A stretch of DNA of 64,000 bases, taken from an uncultured Coriobacteriales bacterium. GTDB lineage: Bacteria; Actinomycetota; Coriobacteriia; Coriobacteriales; UMGS124. Of this stretch, positions 36,562 to 46,975 are shown piece after piece. Position numbers and translations under genes: made by a program. The notes under the pieces are model-generated. The model was given only the letters and a program-made list of their open reading frames with translations, was not told the origin of the DNA and searched no databases. How positions within the stretch are numbered: the first letter of the stretch is position 1; the number at the start of each line of letters is the position of its first letter. The stretch is taken from contig CAKUFZ010000008.1 in assembly GCA_934654475.1 (NCBI GenBank), forward strand, positions 2,361 through 66,360, in the 5' to 3' direction.

Positions 36562-37173
36562 GTGACTGTCAAGCTCGGCGTCCTTATCTCCGGTTCGGGC
36601 ACGAACCTGCAGGCCATCATCGACCGCATCGCTGACGGGTCCCTTGATGCCAGCGTAGAGATCGTCATCGCGAGCCGCGAGAGCGCCTATGGCCTTAAGC
36701 GCGCCGCCCAGGCCAACATCCCCACGATGTCGCTCACGCCCGACCTGTACCGTGCCGACCCCATCGCGGCCGACGAGGTCATCGCCACCGCGCTGCTCGA
36801 CCATGGTGTGGACTACGTCATCATGGCCGGTTACATGCGCATGGTGCGCGAGCCGCTGCTTGAGGCGTTCCCCAACCGCATCGTGAACCTGCATCCGGCC
36901 TTGCTGCCTGCCTTCAAGGGGGCCCATGCCATCCAGGACGCCTACGAGCGCGGCGTGAAGGTGACGGGCGTCACGGTGCACTTTGCCAACGCCGACTACG
37001 ACTGCGGCCCCATCATTGCCCAGCAGCCGGTCGTCGTGCGCGAGGGCATGACCTGTGACGAGCTCGAGGCTGCCATCCATGAGGTTGAGCACGAGCTGTA
37101 CTCGGCCGTCATCCAGCTGCTTGCCGAGGACCGCGTGCACGTGTGCCCCGACAACAAGGTGAAGATCGACTAG
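36562..37173 (+). CDS. purN: Phosphoribosylglycinamide formyltransferase
   Basis: LGVLISGSGTNLQAII, NLHPALLPAFKG and TVHFANADYDCGPII. Confidence 0.9.
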   Translation: MTVKLGVLISGSGTNLQAIIDRIADGSLDASVEIVIASRESAYGLKRAAQANIPTMSLTPDLYRADPIAADEVIATALLDHGVDYVIMAGYMRMVREPLLEAFPNRIVNLHPALLPAFKGAHAIQDAYERGVKVTGVTVHFANADYDCGPIIAQQPVVVREGMTCDELEAAIHEVEHELYSAVIQLLAEDRVHVCPDNKVKID

Positions 37174-37195
37174 TTCTGCCTGCTTATAAGGTATG

Positions 37196-37233
37196 AAAAA
37201 AGCCCTGGGAACACCGTGTTCCCAGGGCTTTTG
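37196..37233. terminator. Bidirectional terminator between purN and the methyltransferase gene
   Basis: AAAGCCCTGGGAACA, loop ccg, TGTTCCCAGGGCTTT, flanked by A and T runs. Confidence 0.75.
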
Positions 37234-37258
37234 GCGTACTTAGGGGAGAATGGGCGAC

Positions 37259-38659
37259 TTAGCGCTTGCCGCCGCGCTCGTCCTTGTGGGAGTTGCGACG
37301 ATGGCCGAACTGGTTGCGCGGCGCACGCTCAAGCAGCACGACGTTCTCGACGTGGTCGGTGTGGGGGAACATGTCAACCGGGCAGATGCGCTTGATGCGG
37401 TAGCCGTTGTGCACGAGGTGCTTGATGTCGCGAATCTGCGTCTTGGGATCGCAGCTGATGTAGACGACGCGGCGCGGCCCCAGGCGGCTGAGGTTTGCCA
37501 GGAAGGCCTGGCTGGAGCCGGCGCGGGGCGGGTCCATGAACACGACGTCGAGCTCCTCGCCGCGACGGGCCATGCGGGCGAACTCGCTGCCGGCGTCGGC
37601 AGCCACGAACGTGGCGTTCTCGATGCCGTTGATCTGGGCGTTGATCTCGGCGTCCTTCACAGCTTCGGCATTGCGCTCGATGCCGATGAGCTCGGCGCCG
37701 CTCGCCTTGGCTGCCACGATGCCGATGGTGCCTGTGCCGCAGTAGGCGTCGCCGATGCGGTCGGAGCTGCGCAGGTCGGCCATCTCGACGGCCAGCTCGT
37801 AGAGGGCCTCCGCGGCGATGGGGTTGGTCTGGTAGAACGAGCTCGAGGAGATGCGGAAGCGGCACCCGCACAGCTCATCCTCGATGTAGCCCGGGCCGAA
37901 GAGCACCTTCTCCTCCTTGCCCAGAATGACGCTCGTGCGCTCAGTGTTGGTGTTGAGCACGACCGTGGTAATCTCGGGGTGGGCGCTCAGGATGGCGTCG
38001 ACGAACGCCTTAGGCAGCGTGGTTGCGTTGCACACGAGCGTGAGCATGATCTCGTCGGTGGCGTGGGCGATGCGCACGAGGGCGTAACGCACGGTGCCCG
38101 TGCAGGTCTTCTCGCTGTAGGGAGTCACGCCGTAATCGGGCATGAGGCGGGCGACCGTGCCGATGATGGGACGGGCGGCGGGATCCTCGACCATGCACTG
38201 CTTGCAGGGCACGATCCAGTGGCTGCCCTTCTCAAAGATGCCCCAGCGCACGGTGGGGTTGCCGTTCTTGTCCTTGCCGGGAGCCAGGGGCAGCTGCACC
38301 TTGTTGCGGTAGCCGCGCGGGTCGATCATGCACATGAGCGGCTCGACCTCGACGGGGTAGTCGGCGAAGAGCTCCTCGATGTAGTCCTGCTTGCGCTCAA
38401 GCTGCATGTCGTAGGGCATGGCGAGCCACTCGCAGCCGCCGCAGCGCTCGGCAACGGGGCAGTGCACGGTCACGCGCTGGTCGAGCAGCTCGTGGTGGTC
38501 GTACTTCTCGGCCGGCTTTGCGGGCTCATCTTCCTCGTCGGCCCAGCGGTCGGCGCCCTCATTGTCCTCGAAGGGGAAGCCGTCGTCGAAGCCGCGGCCC
38601 TCGTCGTCGCTGGGAGGCTGCCAGTCGTAGCCGTAGTCGTCGTCAAATTCGTTACTCAT
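37259..38659 (-). CDS. 23S rRNA (uracil-C5)-methyltransferase, RlmD/RumA/TrmA family
   Basis: Fe-S cluster cysteines (CPVAERCGGCEW), SAM motif DAYCGTGTIG, plus DPPRAG and VYISCDP. The ATG at 38659 is preferred over 38716. Confidence 0.85.
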   Translation of the reverse strand: MSNEFDDDYGYDWQPPSDDEGRGFDDGFPFEDNEGADRWADEEDEPAKPAEKYDHHELLDQRVTVHCPVAERCGGCEWLAMPYDMQLERKQDYIEELFADYPVEVEPLMCMIDPRGYRNKVQLPLAPGKDKNGNPTVRWGIFEKGSHWIVPCKQCMVEDPAARPIIGTVARLMPDYGVTPYSEKTCTGTVRYALVRIAHATDEIMLTLVCNATTLPKAFVDAILSAHPEITTVVLNTNTERTSVILGKEEKVLFGPGYIEDELCGCRFRISSSSFYQTNPIAAEALYELAVEMADLRSSDRIGDAYCGTGTIGIVAAKASGAELIGIERNAEAVKDAEINAQINGIENATFVAADAGSEFARMARRGEELDVVFMDPPRAGSSQAFLANLSRLGPRRVVYISCDPKTQIRDIKHLVHNGYRIKRICPVDMFPHTDHVENVVLLERAPRNQFGHRRNSHKDERGGKR

Positions 38660-38775
38660 ATGATTCTCTCTTCCTTTGGGCCGTGCACCCCGGCGTGCGA
38701 CGGTCGTGTTCGACATGCGCGTGGAGCGCCTGCATGCGGCTTGCTCCGGGTTGGCCGTATGTTGGGTGCAGTGTA

Positions 38776-38955
38776 TCAGGCGTGGGTCTCGTCGTCGTGG
38801 CCGTCCTGTGTCTGCACGGTCTCTGCCTGAGCGGCCTCGTCGGGATTTTCCTGCTCGGCCTGCGCCTGCTGCTGCCTCTCGCGATATTCGGCGCGGATCT
38901 TCTCCGTGCGCTCCCTGTACAGCTCGATTCGCTTGTTCATGGCTCGAATGTCCAC
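38776..38955 (-). CDS. Possible small charged coiled-coil protein
   Basis: VDIRAMNKRIELYRERTEKIRAEYRERQQQAQAEQEN... A GTG start is preceded by GGGAG. No family recognised. Confidence 0.3.
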   Translation of the reverse strand: MDIRAMNKRIELYRERTEKIRAEYRERQQQAQAEQENPDEAAQAETVQTQDGHDDETHA

Positions 38956-39183
38956 GGTTCTCCCTTCCTCGGCCCGACAGATGCGCCTATTGTAGCGCCC
39001 AGATATCACAGGTGTATCACATGTGATGCGAAGGTGTTTCCATCTGCTGTCGAAATCGTGCCGCACTGCGGTCTTGGCCTATACTGAGGCAGCAAGCGTG
39101 AGACAGCTCCATCTATACTCTCACGTGCTCTTTTGTTTTACTGCTTCATATCTAACAACCGCCACCGTCGAAAGGCCAAGCCC

Positions 39184-40455
39184 ATGGCACTCGTCGTCGC
39201 TAAGTTCGGCGGCAGCTCCGTGGCCACTCCCGAGCGCGTGAAGAACGTCGCTCGGAAGCTGGTCCGCCGCCACCAGTCGGGCGATCAGGTCGTCGCGGTT
39301 GTCTCTGCAATGGGAGACAACACCGACCACCTGCTCGACCTGGCCCATTCCGTCAACCCCAACCCGCCTGCACGCGAGATGGACATGCTCCTGGCCACCG
39401 GCGAGCAGGTCTCGGTTGCTGTACTCGCCATGGCTGTTGAGGCCCTGGGCGTGCCTGCCGTGAGCCACACGGGCGCGCAAGTGGGCATCGTGACGGACCC
39501 CACGCATACGAGCGCCAAGATCGACCGCATCGTGGGCATGGACCGTGTCAAGCGCGACCTCGACGAGGGCAACATCGTCATTGTGGCGGGCTTTCAGGGC
39601 GTGAACGCCGCCGGTGAGATCACCACGCTGGGCCGCGGCGGCTCCGACACCACGGCTGTGGCCCTGGCCGCCGCCATCGAGGCCGACTTCTGCGAGATCT
39701 ATTCTGACGTCGACGGCGTGTACACGGCCGACCCGCGCATCTGCCCCAAGGCGCACCGCGTGGATCGCTTGAGCTACGACGAGATGCTCGAGCTCTCCGC
39801 CAACGGCGCCGGCGTGCTGCAGCTGCGTGCCGTCGAGTTTGCCAGCAAGTACGGCGTGGTCATCCGCGCCCGTTCCACGTTCCTTGAGGATTCCAAGGGC
39901 ACCGTCATCGAGGAGGCTCCCGATCGTATGGACTACACCGAGTACAGCGAAAGCGCCGTCCTGAGCGGCATTGCCCACGACCTCTCCGAGGCCAAGGTCA
40001 CCCTGCGCCACGTGCCCGACCGCGCCGGTATCGCCGCCGCCATCTTCGGCCGTCTGGGCGAGTTGGGCGTGAACGTGGACATCATCATTCAGGACGTGAG
40101 CCACGACGGCCTGACCGACATCTCGTTCACCACGCCCCTGAACGGTCTCGAGCACATCTCCGACGCCCTTTCCTCCCTGTGCCGCGAGGTCAACGCCGAG
40201 GGTGTCGAGATCAACGCCCACATCGCCAAGGTGTCCCTGGTAGGCGCCGGCATGAAGAGCTATCCGGGCGTTGCCGCCAAGATGTTCAAGACGCTCGCCG
40301 CCAACGACATCAACATCTCGATGATTTCCACCTCGCCCATCTGCATTTCCACGGTCATCGACGCCGACCAGTGCGCCAAGGCCGTGCAGGTGCTCCACAC
40401 CGCGTTCGGCATGGACGAAGATGCCCCCGAAGGAACCGTGAAGGTGGTGCGTTAA
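39184..40455 (+). CDS. lysC: Aspartate kinase
   Basis: MALVVAKFGGSSV, TLGRGGSDTTAV, and C-terminal ACT-like repeats. Confidence 0.9.
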   Translation: MALVVAKFGGSSVATPERVKNVARKLVRRHQSGDQVVAVVSAMGDNTDHLLDLAHSVNPNPPAREMDMLLATGEQVSVAVLAMAVEALGVPAVSHTGAQVGIVTDPTHTSAKIDRIVGMDRVKRDLDEGNIVIVAGFQGVNAAGEITTLGRGGSDTTAVALAAAIEADFCEIYSDVDGVYTADPRICPKAHRVDRLSYDEMLELSANGAGVLQLRAVEFASKYGVVIRARSTFLEDSKGTVIEEAPDRMDYTEYSESAVLSGIAHDLSEAKVTLRHVPDRAGIAAAIFGRLGELGVNVDIIIQDVSHDGLTDISFTTPLNGLEHISDALSSLCREVNAEGVEINAHIAKVSLVGAGMKSYPGVAAKMFKTLAANDINISMISTSPICISTVIDADQCAKAVQVLHTAFGMDEDAPEGTVKVVR

Positions 40456-40456
40456 C

Positions 40457-41491
40457 ATGGCATGGACCAAGCCTATGCCCGCAAACCCCGTCGTTGCCAT
40501 CGCCGGTGCCACGGGCGCTGTGGGCCGCGAGATGCTCACGTGCCTGGAGGCCCTCGACTTCCCCTGCAGCGAGGTGCGCGCCCTTGCCTCTGCTCGCTCG
40601 GCCGGTCAGAAGCTGCCCTTCCGCGGCGGCGAGATCACGGTGCAGGAGATGACTCCCGGCAGCTTCGAAGGCGTCGACATCGCCCTGTTCAGCGCCGGTG
40701 CTTCCGTTTCGCGTGAGATGCGCGAGGCCGTGGTGGCCGCCGGTGCCGTCATGATCGACAACTCCAGCGCCTTCCGCATGGAACCTGACGTGCCGCTCGT
40801 GGTGCCCGAGGTCAACGCAGCCGACATTGCCTGGCACTCCGGTGTCATCGCAAACCCCAACTGCACCACCATCCAGATGGTCGTGGCGCTTGAGCCCCTG
40901 CGCAAGCTCGGCCACATCGACCGCATCGTTGTGTCGAGCTACCAGTCGAGCTCGGGCGCAGGTGCCAAGGGCATGGCGGAGCTGCAGGAGCAGACCGCGG
41001 CGGTCCTGGCGGGGGAGCCCTTCGAGCCCAAGGCGTTCGCCCATCAGATCGCCTTCAACTGCATCCCGCACATCGACGTCTTCATGGATGACGACTACAC
41101 CAAAGAAGAGTGGAAGATGGTCGTCGAGACCAAGAAGATCATGGGCGACGACACGGTGCGGGTTGCGCCCACGTGCGTTCGCGTGCCCGTGCTGCGCTGC
41201 CACTCCGAGTCCATCAACCTCGAGTTCGACCGCGCGGTGAGCGTGGAGGACGCCAAGGCCGCTCTTGCCGCCGGCGAGCACGTGGTGCTTGAGGACGACC
41301 CGGCCAACAACGTCTACCCCATGCCCGCCATGCACGCCGGCAGCTTTGACACGTTCGTGGGTCGCGTGCGCCGCGACCCCACCGTCGAGGGAGACCGCGG
41401 CCTCGCCCTGTGGGTCGTGGCCGACCAGCTCCTGCGCGGCGCCGCCCTCAACGCCGTCATGATCGCCCAGAAGTTGCTGCCACAGGCGTAG
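40457..41491 (+). CDS. asd: Aspartate-semialdehyde dehydrogenase
   Basis: IAGATGAVG, NPNCTT and SSYQSSSGAG motifs. Confidence 0.95.
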   Translation: MAWTKPMPANPVVAIAGATGAVGREMLTCLEALDFPCSEVRALASARSAGQKLPFRGGEITVQEMTPGSFEGVDIALFSAGASVSREMREAVVAAGAVMIDNSSAFRMEPDVPLVVPEVNAADIAWHSGVIANPNCTTIQMVVALEPLRKLGHIDRIVVSSYQSSSGAGAKGMAELQEQTAAVLAGEPFEPKAFAHQIAFNCIPHIDVFMDDDYTKEEWKMVVETKKIMGDDTVRVAPTCVRVPVLRCHSESINLEFDRAVSVEDAKAALAAGEHVVLEDDPANNVYPMPAMHAGSFDTFVGRVRRDPTVEGDRGLALWVVADQLLRGAALNAVMIAQKLLPQA

Positions 41492-41526
41492 CGCTCCAAA
41501 CGGCGCACATCAGTCGCTCCGCCCAA

Positions 41527-41557
41527 GCCCCGTCGCATTCGTGCGGCGGGGCTTTTT
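41527..41557 (+). terminator. Rho-independent terminator (UUCG tetraloop) after asd
   Basis: GCCCCGTCGCA, loop ttcg, TGCGGCGGGGC, then TTTTT. Confidence 0.8.
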
Positions 41558-41653
41558 GGTGGCCTTGGGTCGGCGGCCGCGCTGAATCCGATTCGCACCG
41601 ATTGCGCGGTGCGCATATAATCCCGTCCAGACATGAAGAGGAGAGGAAGCGGT

Positions 41654-43162
41654 ATGCGACATGCGCGTCAGGGGATAGCGGGGGCGGCCAAGGGAATCGA
41701 CCCGCGCGCGTTGATAGGGTCTGCCTGCCTGTGGGCCTGGGTGGACGCGCTCTATAAGAGCGGGTTCTTTGCACCGTTTCATCCCGAGGCGCTCATGTCC
41801 GAGCTGGCAGTCTGGCTCACCTTCCTGTTGATTGTTCCCCTGAGTGCGCTTGTGCTTTGGCAAAAGGAGCGCGTGCGGGGCCTGTGCGTCCACAAGGGTT
41901 TCGCGCTTGGGTGCGGCGTTGCGGGAAGCACGGGGTCGGTGCTTTTTGCGTTGAGCGCCTTCAGCGGTAATTGGGTTGTGCTTGTGGCGGGTGCGGTTTT
42001 GGCGAGCCTCTTCATGGGCATGGCTATTCTCATGTGGGGCGCCGTCTATTGCAAACAGGGTGAACGCTCGGCGACGATCTATGTGGCCGGCGGTTTTGCC
42101 TGCGCCCTTGTGGCGGACGTCACGTTCATGCTCATGGAGTCGATTGCCTCCGCCTTGGCTCCCATGGCGCTGCCCCTGCTCTCGATGGTCTTCTTCAACC
42201 TTCTGCCCGAGGGAGAGCGCGCCTATTCCCAGATGACGGGAGAGGCTGAGACCGCCAAGCGCAAGCCGGGAAGCCTCCTTGCCCGCCTGCGCCTGGGCTT
42301 GGGCGTGTCGGTGCCCACGGTGTGCTCGCTTGCGCTCATCATGTTCGGCCTTGGCTACATGCAGCACCAGATGTCGTTTGCGCCCATGCAGGGCGCGGGC
42401 CCCGACATGGGGGTGGCCCTGCAGGTCGCGCGTGGCGTCATTGCGGTTGCGCTCTTTGCGCTGGCCATCGTTGCCCCCAAGCACACACATGTCGTCTACC
42501 GTGTGGGACTTCTCGCCATCATCGCGGGTTTCTCGCTTATGCCGCTGCTTGCCCCCACCGATCACTTTTGGGTGTCGGGCGCGGTGGTGTTGAGCGGCTA
42601 CACCACGTTCGACGTGCTCATTTGGGTCATCGTGGCCCAGGTTGCCTATGCCGGTATGTCCGATGGGCTGGGCGTCACCTGTGCGGTGCGCATGCTCATC
42701 TCAAGCCTGTTCTGCGGACTGGGCGGCATGGTTGGCATCTGGCTTGATGGCCTTACCACAAGTGCCCCCTTTGCCTATGCCGACGCCATCTTCATGGGCT
42801 ACCTCATGACCATCGCCGCTGTGCTTGTGCTCTCCGGTCGCGACGTGTGGGACCTTTTTGACGCGCGCCCTGTGGCCGCCCCTGACGCGGCCGCGCAAAC
42901 CGCCGGTGCCCCCAGCATCGAGGACGCGCTCGATGAGCTTGCCCAAGCCTGGGGCCTGACGGGCCGTGAGCGCGAGGTCTTTGGCTTCCTTGCCATGGGG
43001 CGCACCCAACCCTGGGTGGCAGAGCGCCTCTCCATCTCGGAGTCCACGGTGAACTCCCATGTGCGCCACATTTACGGAAAAGCTGGCATCAACAGCCGAC
43101 AAGAGCTGCTTGACCTGGTGTTTCATGCGCAATCACCTGAAGTTGTCGATAGGGTCGAGTAG
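41654..43162 (+). CDS. Membrane-embedded LuxR-family transcriptional regulator (multi-TM N-domain plus C-terminal HTH)
   Basis: About 10 hydrophobic segments. The C-terminus reads LTGREREVFGFLAMGRTQPWVAERLSISESTVNSHVRHIYGKAGINSRQELLDLV. The start is ambiguous between 41633 and 41654. Confidence 0.8.
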   Translation: MRHARQGIAGAAKGIDPRALIGSACLWAWVDALYKSGFFAPFHPEALMSELAVWLTFLLIVPLSALVLWQKERVRGLCVHKGFALGCGVAGSTGSVLFALSAFSGNWVVLVAGAVLASLFMGMAILMWGAVYCKQGERSATIYVAGGFACALVADVTFMLMESIASALAPMALPLLSMVFFNLLPEGERAYSQMTGEAETAKRKPGSLLARLRLGLGVSVPTVCSLALIMFGLGYMQHQMSFAPMQGAGPDMGVALQVARGVIAVALFALAIVAPKHTHVVYRVGLLAIIAGFSLMPLLAPTDHFWVSGAVVLSGYTTFDVLIWVIVAQVAYAGMSDGLGVTCAVRMLISSLFCGLGGMVGIWLDGLTTSAPFAYADAIFMGYLMTIAAVLVLSGRDVWDLFDARPVAAPDAAAQTAGAPSIEDALDELAQAWGLTGREREVFGFLAMGRTQPWVAERLSISESTVNSHVRHIYGKAGINSRQELLDLVFHAQSPEVVDRVE

Positions 43163-43322
43163 CTCGACAGCATCGTAGGATTTGCATCGCATAGCGTCTT
43201 TCAAGCGTTTCGAGGCGCATGCCGTTTTCCCAAACTGATGATCAGCACATGCCGACGAGGGCATGGCTCACATCAGTCATGAGGGCCCGCGACAACGGGC
43301 CCCAGGCAGAAGGGGATACGGT

Positions 43323-44990
43323 ATGTCCACCATCACGAGAAGGTCCTTTGTAAGCGCAGCCGCAACGGGTGCCGCCCTGAGCGCCGCCGCGGTTGCCCCT
43401 GCGGTCGCACTGGCCGACGAGGCCGTCGCGCCTGCCGAGGGCGCCCTGCACACCTGGGAGGTCGCACCCGACCCCATCACCGACATCGCCGAGACCTACG
43501 AGTACGACGTCGTCGTTGTCGGCGGTGGCATGGCCGGCATGGGTGCCGCTGAGGCGGCCGCCCGCAACGGTGCAAGCGTCGTCGTCGTGGAGCGCAGCGA
43601 GTGCGGGCGCTTCTGCGGCCTCGACATGTGCGCCATCGGCTCCAAGGTCCTCAAGGACAACGGCCTCGAGATCGATCCCGACAAGGCTGCCCGCCTCATG
43701 TATCAGGCCAGCCAGCAGACGGCCAACTACAACCTCATTCGCACCTGGGCCACGCAGACCGCCGGTGTCATCGACTACATCACCGAACTGTGTGCCGCCA
43801 ACGGTGTGACTGTGGAGCCCTCGACCGGCGGTACCTCCAAGGCCGGCTGGGACAAGATGCCCGAGCGTTACATTGTGTTCCAGGATGCCGTGCGCTACTC
43901 CAGCGACGAGTGGGGCGTGTTTGACCGCCCCGACGGCAAGGAGCCTCACCAGAACCTGGGCGACGTGCTCATCAAGTCGGCAACAGACAACGGCTGCGAG
44001 TACTTCTTCAACACCCATGTCGAGCAGCTCGTGGGCAGCGCGGCCGATGGCGTGACGGGCGTCATCGCTACCGACGCCGACGGCAAGCACGTGCAGTTCA
44101 ACGCCAAGAAGGGCGTCGTGCTGGCCACTGGCGACATCTCCGGCAACCAGGAGATGATCGACTGCTGGGCTCCCATCAAGAACTACGCCAACGAGAGCGC
44201 TTACGTTCCTCAGGGTGCCAACTCCGGCGACGCCATCCTTATGACCAAGTGGATCGGCGGCGGCATCTCCAAGAGCCCGGCTGCTCCCATGATTCACCAG
44301 TTCACGATTCAGACGCGCGGCTACCAGTGCACGGCGTTCTTCCTCTCCATGCTCGCGGTGAACTCTGACGGCAATCGCTTCATGAACGAGATGCCCTTCG
44401 AGCCCTACATTACCGACGCCCGCATGAACTCCAAGGGCAACGTCGCCTGGTCCATCCTCGACTCCAACTACGCCGAGTACGTGACCAAGCAGTTCCCCGA
44501 GGGCTACGAGTCCATGCTGCAGAACATTCCCGGCGAGCTCGAGGGTCGTGTGGCCGACGGCGAGGTCTTCCAGGCCGACACGCTTGAGGAACTGGCGGAG
44601 CTGCTCGGCGTGCCTGCCGACAACTTCACTGCTGCCGTGGAGGGCTATAACGGCATGGCCGACAAGGGTGAGGACACGCAGTTCGGCGTTGTGGCCGACT
44701 GGCTCTCGCCTGTCCGCGAGGCCCCGTTCTACGCCATCCCGATCTTTGCTTCCAACCTGGCCGTGTGCTATGGCGTCCACGTCAACGACGACTCCCAGGT
44801 CTGCACCGACGACGACCAGCCCATAGCTAGCCTCTTTGCCGCCGGTAACTGCCAGGGCGACTTCTTCGGCTTTAACTACCCCGTGCACTGCCCGGGTTGT
44901 TCCACGGGCCGCTCGCTCGTGTTCGGCCAGCTCATCGGCGAGGCCCTCGCCAAGGACGAGACCATCACCGAGCTCATCGCCTCGCGCTAG
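43323..44990 (+). CDS. Tat-exported FAD-dependent reductase (fumarate reductase/flavocytochrome flavoprotein family)
   Basis: Twin-arginine signal MSTITRRSFVSAAATGAALSAAAVAPAVALA. Dinucleotide fold YDVVVVGGGMAGMGAA. Confidence 0.8.
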   Translation: MSTITRRSFVSAAATGAALSAAAVAPAVALADEAVAPAEGALHTWEVAPDPITDIAETYEYDVVVVGGGMAGMGAAEAAARNGASVVVVERSECGRFCGLDMCAIGSKVLKDNGLEIDPDKAARLMYQASQQTANYNLIRTWATQTAGVIDYITELCAANGVTVEPSTGGTSKAGWDKMPERYIVFQDAVRYSSDEWGVFDRPDGKEPHQNLGDVLIKSATDNGCEYFFNTHVEQLVGSAADGVTGVIATDADGKHVQFNAKKGVVLATGDISGNQEMIDCWAPIKNYANESAYVPQGANSGDAILMTKWIGGGISKSPAAPMIHQFTIQTRGYQCTAFFLSMLAVNSDGNRFMNEMPFEPYITDARMNSKGNVAWSILDSNYAEYVTKQFPEGYESMLQNIPGELEGRVADGEVFQADTLEELAELLGVPADNFTAAVEGYNGMADKGEDTQFGVVADWLSPVREAPFYAIPIFASNLAVCYGVHVNDDSQVCTDDDQPIASLFAAGNCQGDFFGFNYPVHCPGCSTGRSLVFGQLIGEALAKDETITELIASR

Positions 44991-45095
44991 GAGGCTGTGC
45001 GTGAGGGGCGAGGGTCGCTTCCCCCGCAGTGCTCGCCCCTCTGCGGCATTTCATCCCCCTTGCGACATATATACCAAGAAGAAGGGAAACCTACG

Positions 45096-46919
45096 ATGAA
45101 CACCATCTCCCGTCGTTCCATGATTTGCGGTGCTGCCGGCATGGCTGCGTTGGCTGCTGCCGGCACTACCGCCGCCCTTGCCGACGTCGACCACAACCTC
45201 GAGGTCACCGACGGCAGCCCCATCGTGGGTGCCGTTGACCCCGCTGGTGTCGAGTGGGACTATGAAGCCGACATCGTCATCATCGGCGCAGGTGGCGCGG
45301 GCTTGCCTGCTGGTGTACGCGCCCTCGACGAGGGTGTCTCGGTCCTCTTTGTTGACGCCAACTATGATTGCGGTGGCCGTTGCGCTCTGTCCGGCGGCAA
45401 CATGCACTCGGGCTGCGGCACAAAGATCCAGGAGAAGTATGGCATCGAGGACTCTGCCGACAAGTATTACGAGGACCACACCACCCACGAGTGCATCAAC
45501 TCGATTTATGGTGACCGCAACGTGGTGCGCTCGGTGGCCGACCATATGGCCGAAGCCTATGATTACATCCTGGACAAGGGCGTGCTCGTGAAGGACGTCG
45601 AGCCCATGCACCTGCCCGACTACACCGAGGGCGGCGACCAGCCTGAGACGGTGGGCCGTTGGACGTATGCCGATCAGACCACCGAGGATTGGGTCTCCTA
45701 CGCCGACTATCTGCCGCCCTCTCAGGAAGGCGCCTACCAGGACCGTTGCGGCATCGCTATCACCCGTCCGCTTGAGCGCGTTGCTCGTGAGGCTGGCGCC
45801 CAGTTCCTTCTGAACTACCACATGGATAAGATTTACCGCGAAGGTGTGCTCGAGGGTCGCGTATTGGGCGTTCAGGCTCACTACTCGCCTACCATCCTGC
45901 CTGGTGAGGACGCTCCCCTTGCCCCGCTCAGCCCCTTCTCCGACGGCAACATCGATGAGACCAAGGAGACGGTAAACGTCCGCGCCAACAAGGCGGTCAT
46001 CATCGCGACGGGCGGCTCGACCGGCAACGTTTACTTCCGCACCATGATTGATGCCCGTCGCGGCGTTGAGTACGACTGCACTTCAGGCGACCCCTTCTGC
46101 CCCAAGGATGCCTCGGGCGAGATTGCAGCCATGGCCATCGGTGCCTGCCTGGGCGACATTGCCAACCAGGTTATCGGTGACTCCTTCCTCACCAAGGCGG
46201 CCATGATCGGCACGCAGTACACCGATTCTTTCGCCACCGTGCAGCCCACCTCGCCTCTCTTCAAGCTTTCCCGTGCCACGGGCCTGCGCGTCTATGACTG
46301 GTCGAACCTGCTTCAGGTGAACATGCTCGGCGAGCGCTTCGCCAACGAGGCCGACTCCTCCACCGACTGGAACGGCGCTGCCCTCGCCAGCGTTTTGACC
46401 GTCGACCCCTCTGACGGCGAGCTGCACCGCTATGGCGGCCCCCTCTGGACCATCTTCGACTCCAAGGCTGTCGAGCGCGAGGGATGGGTCATCGACGACA
46501 CGACCGTTGACCGCGAGGACGGCCGTTTCTTTGAGGCCGACACCCTTGAGGAGCTCGCCGAGAAGGTTGTGAACAAGTACTACGAGCAGATCAAGATGGA
46601 CCCCGAGACCCTCGTGGCCACCGTCAAGCGCTACAACGAGCTGGTGGACAAGGGCACCGACGAGGACTTCGGCAAGGAGGGCATGACCGACAAGATCGAG
46701 ACCGGCCCGTTCTATGCCGCTTGGTCCACGCCTGGCTTCCATGACTGCACCACGGGCCTGCGCGTGAACCGCAAGATGCAGGTCATGGACCTGTTTGGCC
46801 AGGTCATCCCCGGTCTGTACTGCGGCGGCGAGTCCTCGGGCGGTATGCGCATCCATGGTCTGGGTCGCGTGATCACCACCGGTTACATCGCGGGCCTGTG
46901 CGCCGCAACTGAGGAGTAA
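45096..46919 (+). CDS. Tat-exported FAD-dependent reductase (paralog)
   Basis: Signal MNTISRRSMICGAAGMAALAAAGTTAALA. ADIVIIGAGGAGLPAG. The C-terminus YCGGESSGGMRIHG is typical of the FAD_binding_2 family. Confidence 0.8.
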   Translation: MNTISRRSMICGAAGMAALAAAGTTAALADVDHNLEVTDGSPIVGAVDPAGVEWDYEADIVIIGAGGAGLPAGVRALDEGVSVLFVDANYDCGGRCALSGGNMHSGCGTKIQEKYGIEDSADKYYEDHTTHECINSIYGDRNVVRSVADHMAEAYDYILDKGVLVKDVEPMHLPDYTEGGDQPETVGRWTYADQTTEDWVSYADYLPPSQEGAYQDRCGIAITRPLERVAREAGAQFLLNYHMDKIYREGVLEGRVLGVQAHYSPTILPGEDAPLAPLSPFSDGNIDETKETVNVRANKAVIIATGGSTGNVYFRTMIDARRGVEYDCTSGDPFCPKDASGEIAAMAIGACLGDIANQVIGDSFLTKAAMIGTQYTDSFATVQPTSPLFKLSRATGLRVYDWSNLLQVNMLGERFANEADSSTDWNGAALASVLTVDPSDGELHRYGGPLWTIFDSKAVEREGWVIDDTTVDREDGRFFEADTLEELAEKVVNKYYEQIKMDPETLVATVKRYNELVDKGTDEDFGKEGMTDKIETGPFYAAWSTPGFHDCTTGLRVNRKMQVMDLFGQVIPGLYCGGESSGGMRIHGLGRVITTGYIAGLCAATEE

Positions 46920-46975
46920 GGCCGGTCTTCGGAAGACGCCGTGCTTCCGTGCTCCATAGAGCCTGATTTCCGTGA

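Noticed and set aside
39067-39183. A lysine riboswitch (L-box) was expected upstream of lysC.
   Set aside because: The leader is only about 115 nt, and I could not recognise L-box helices or conserved cores.
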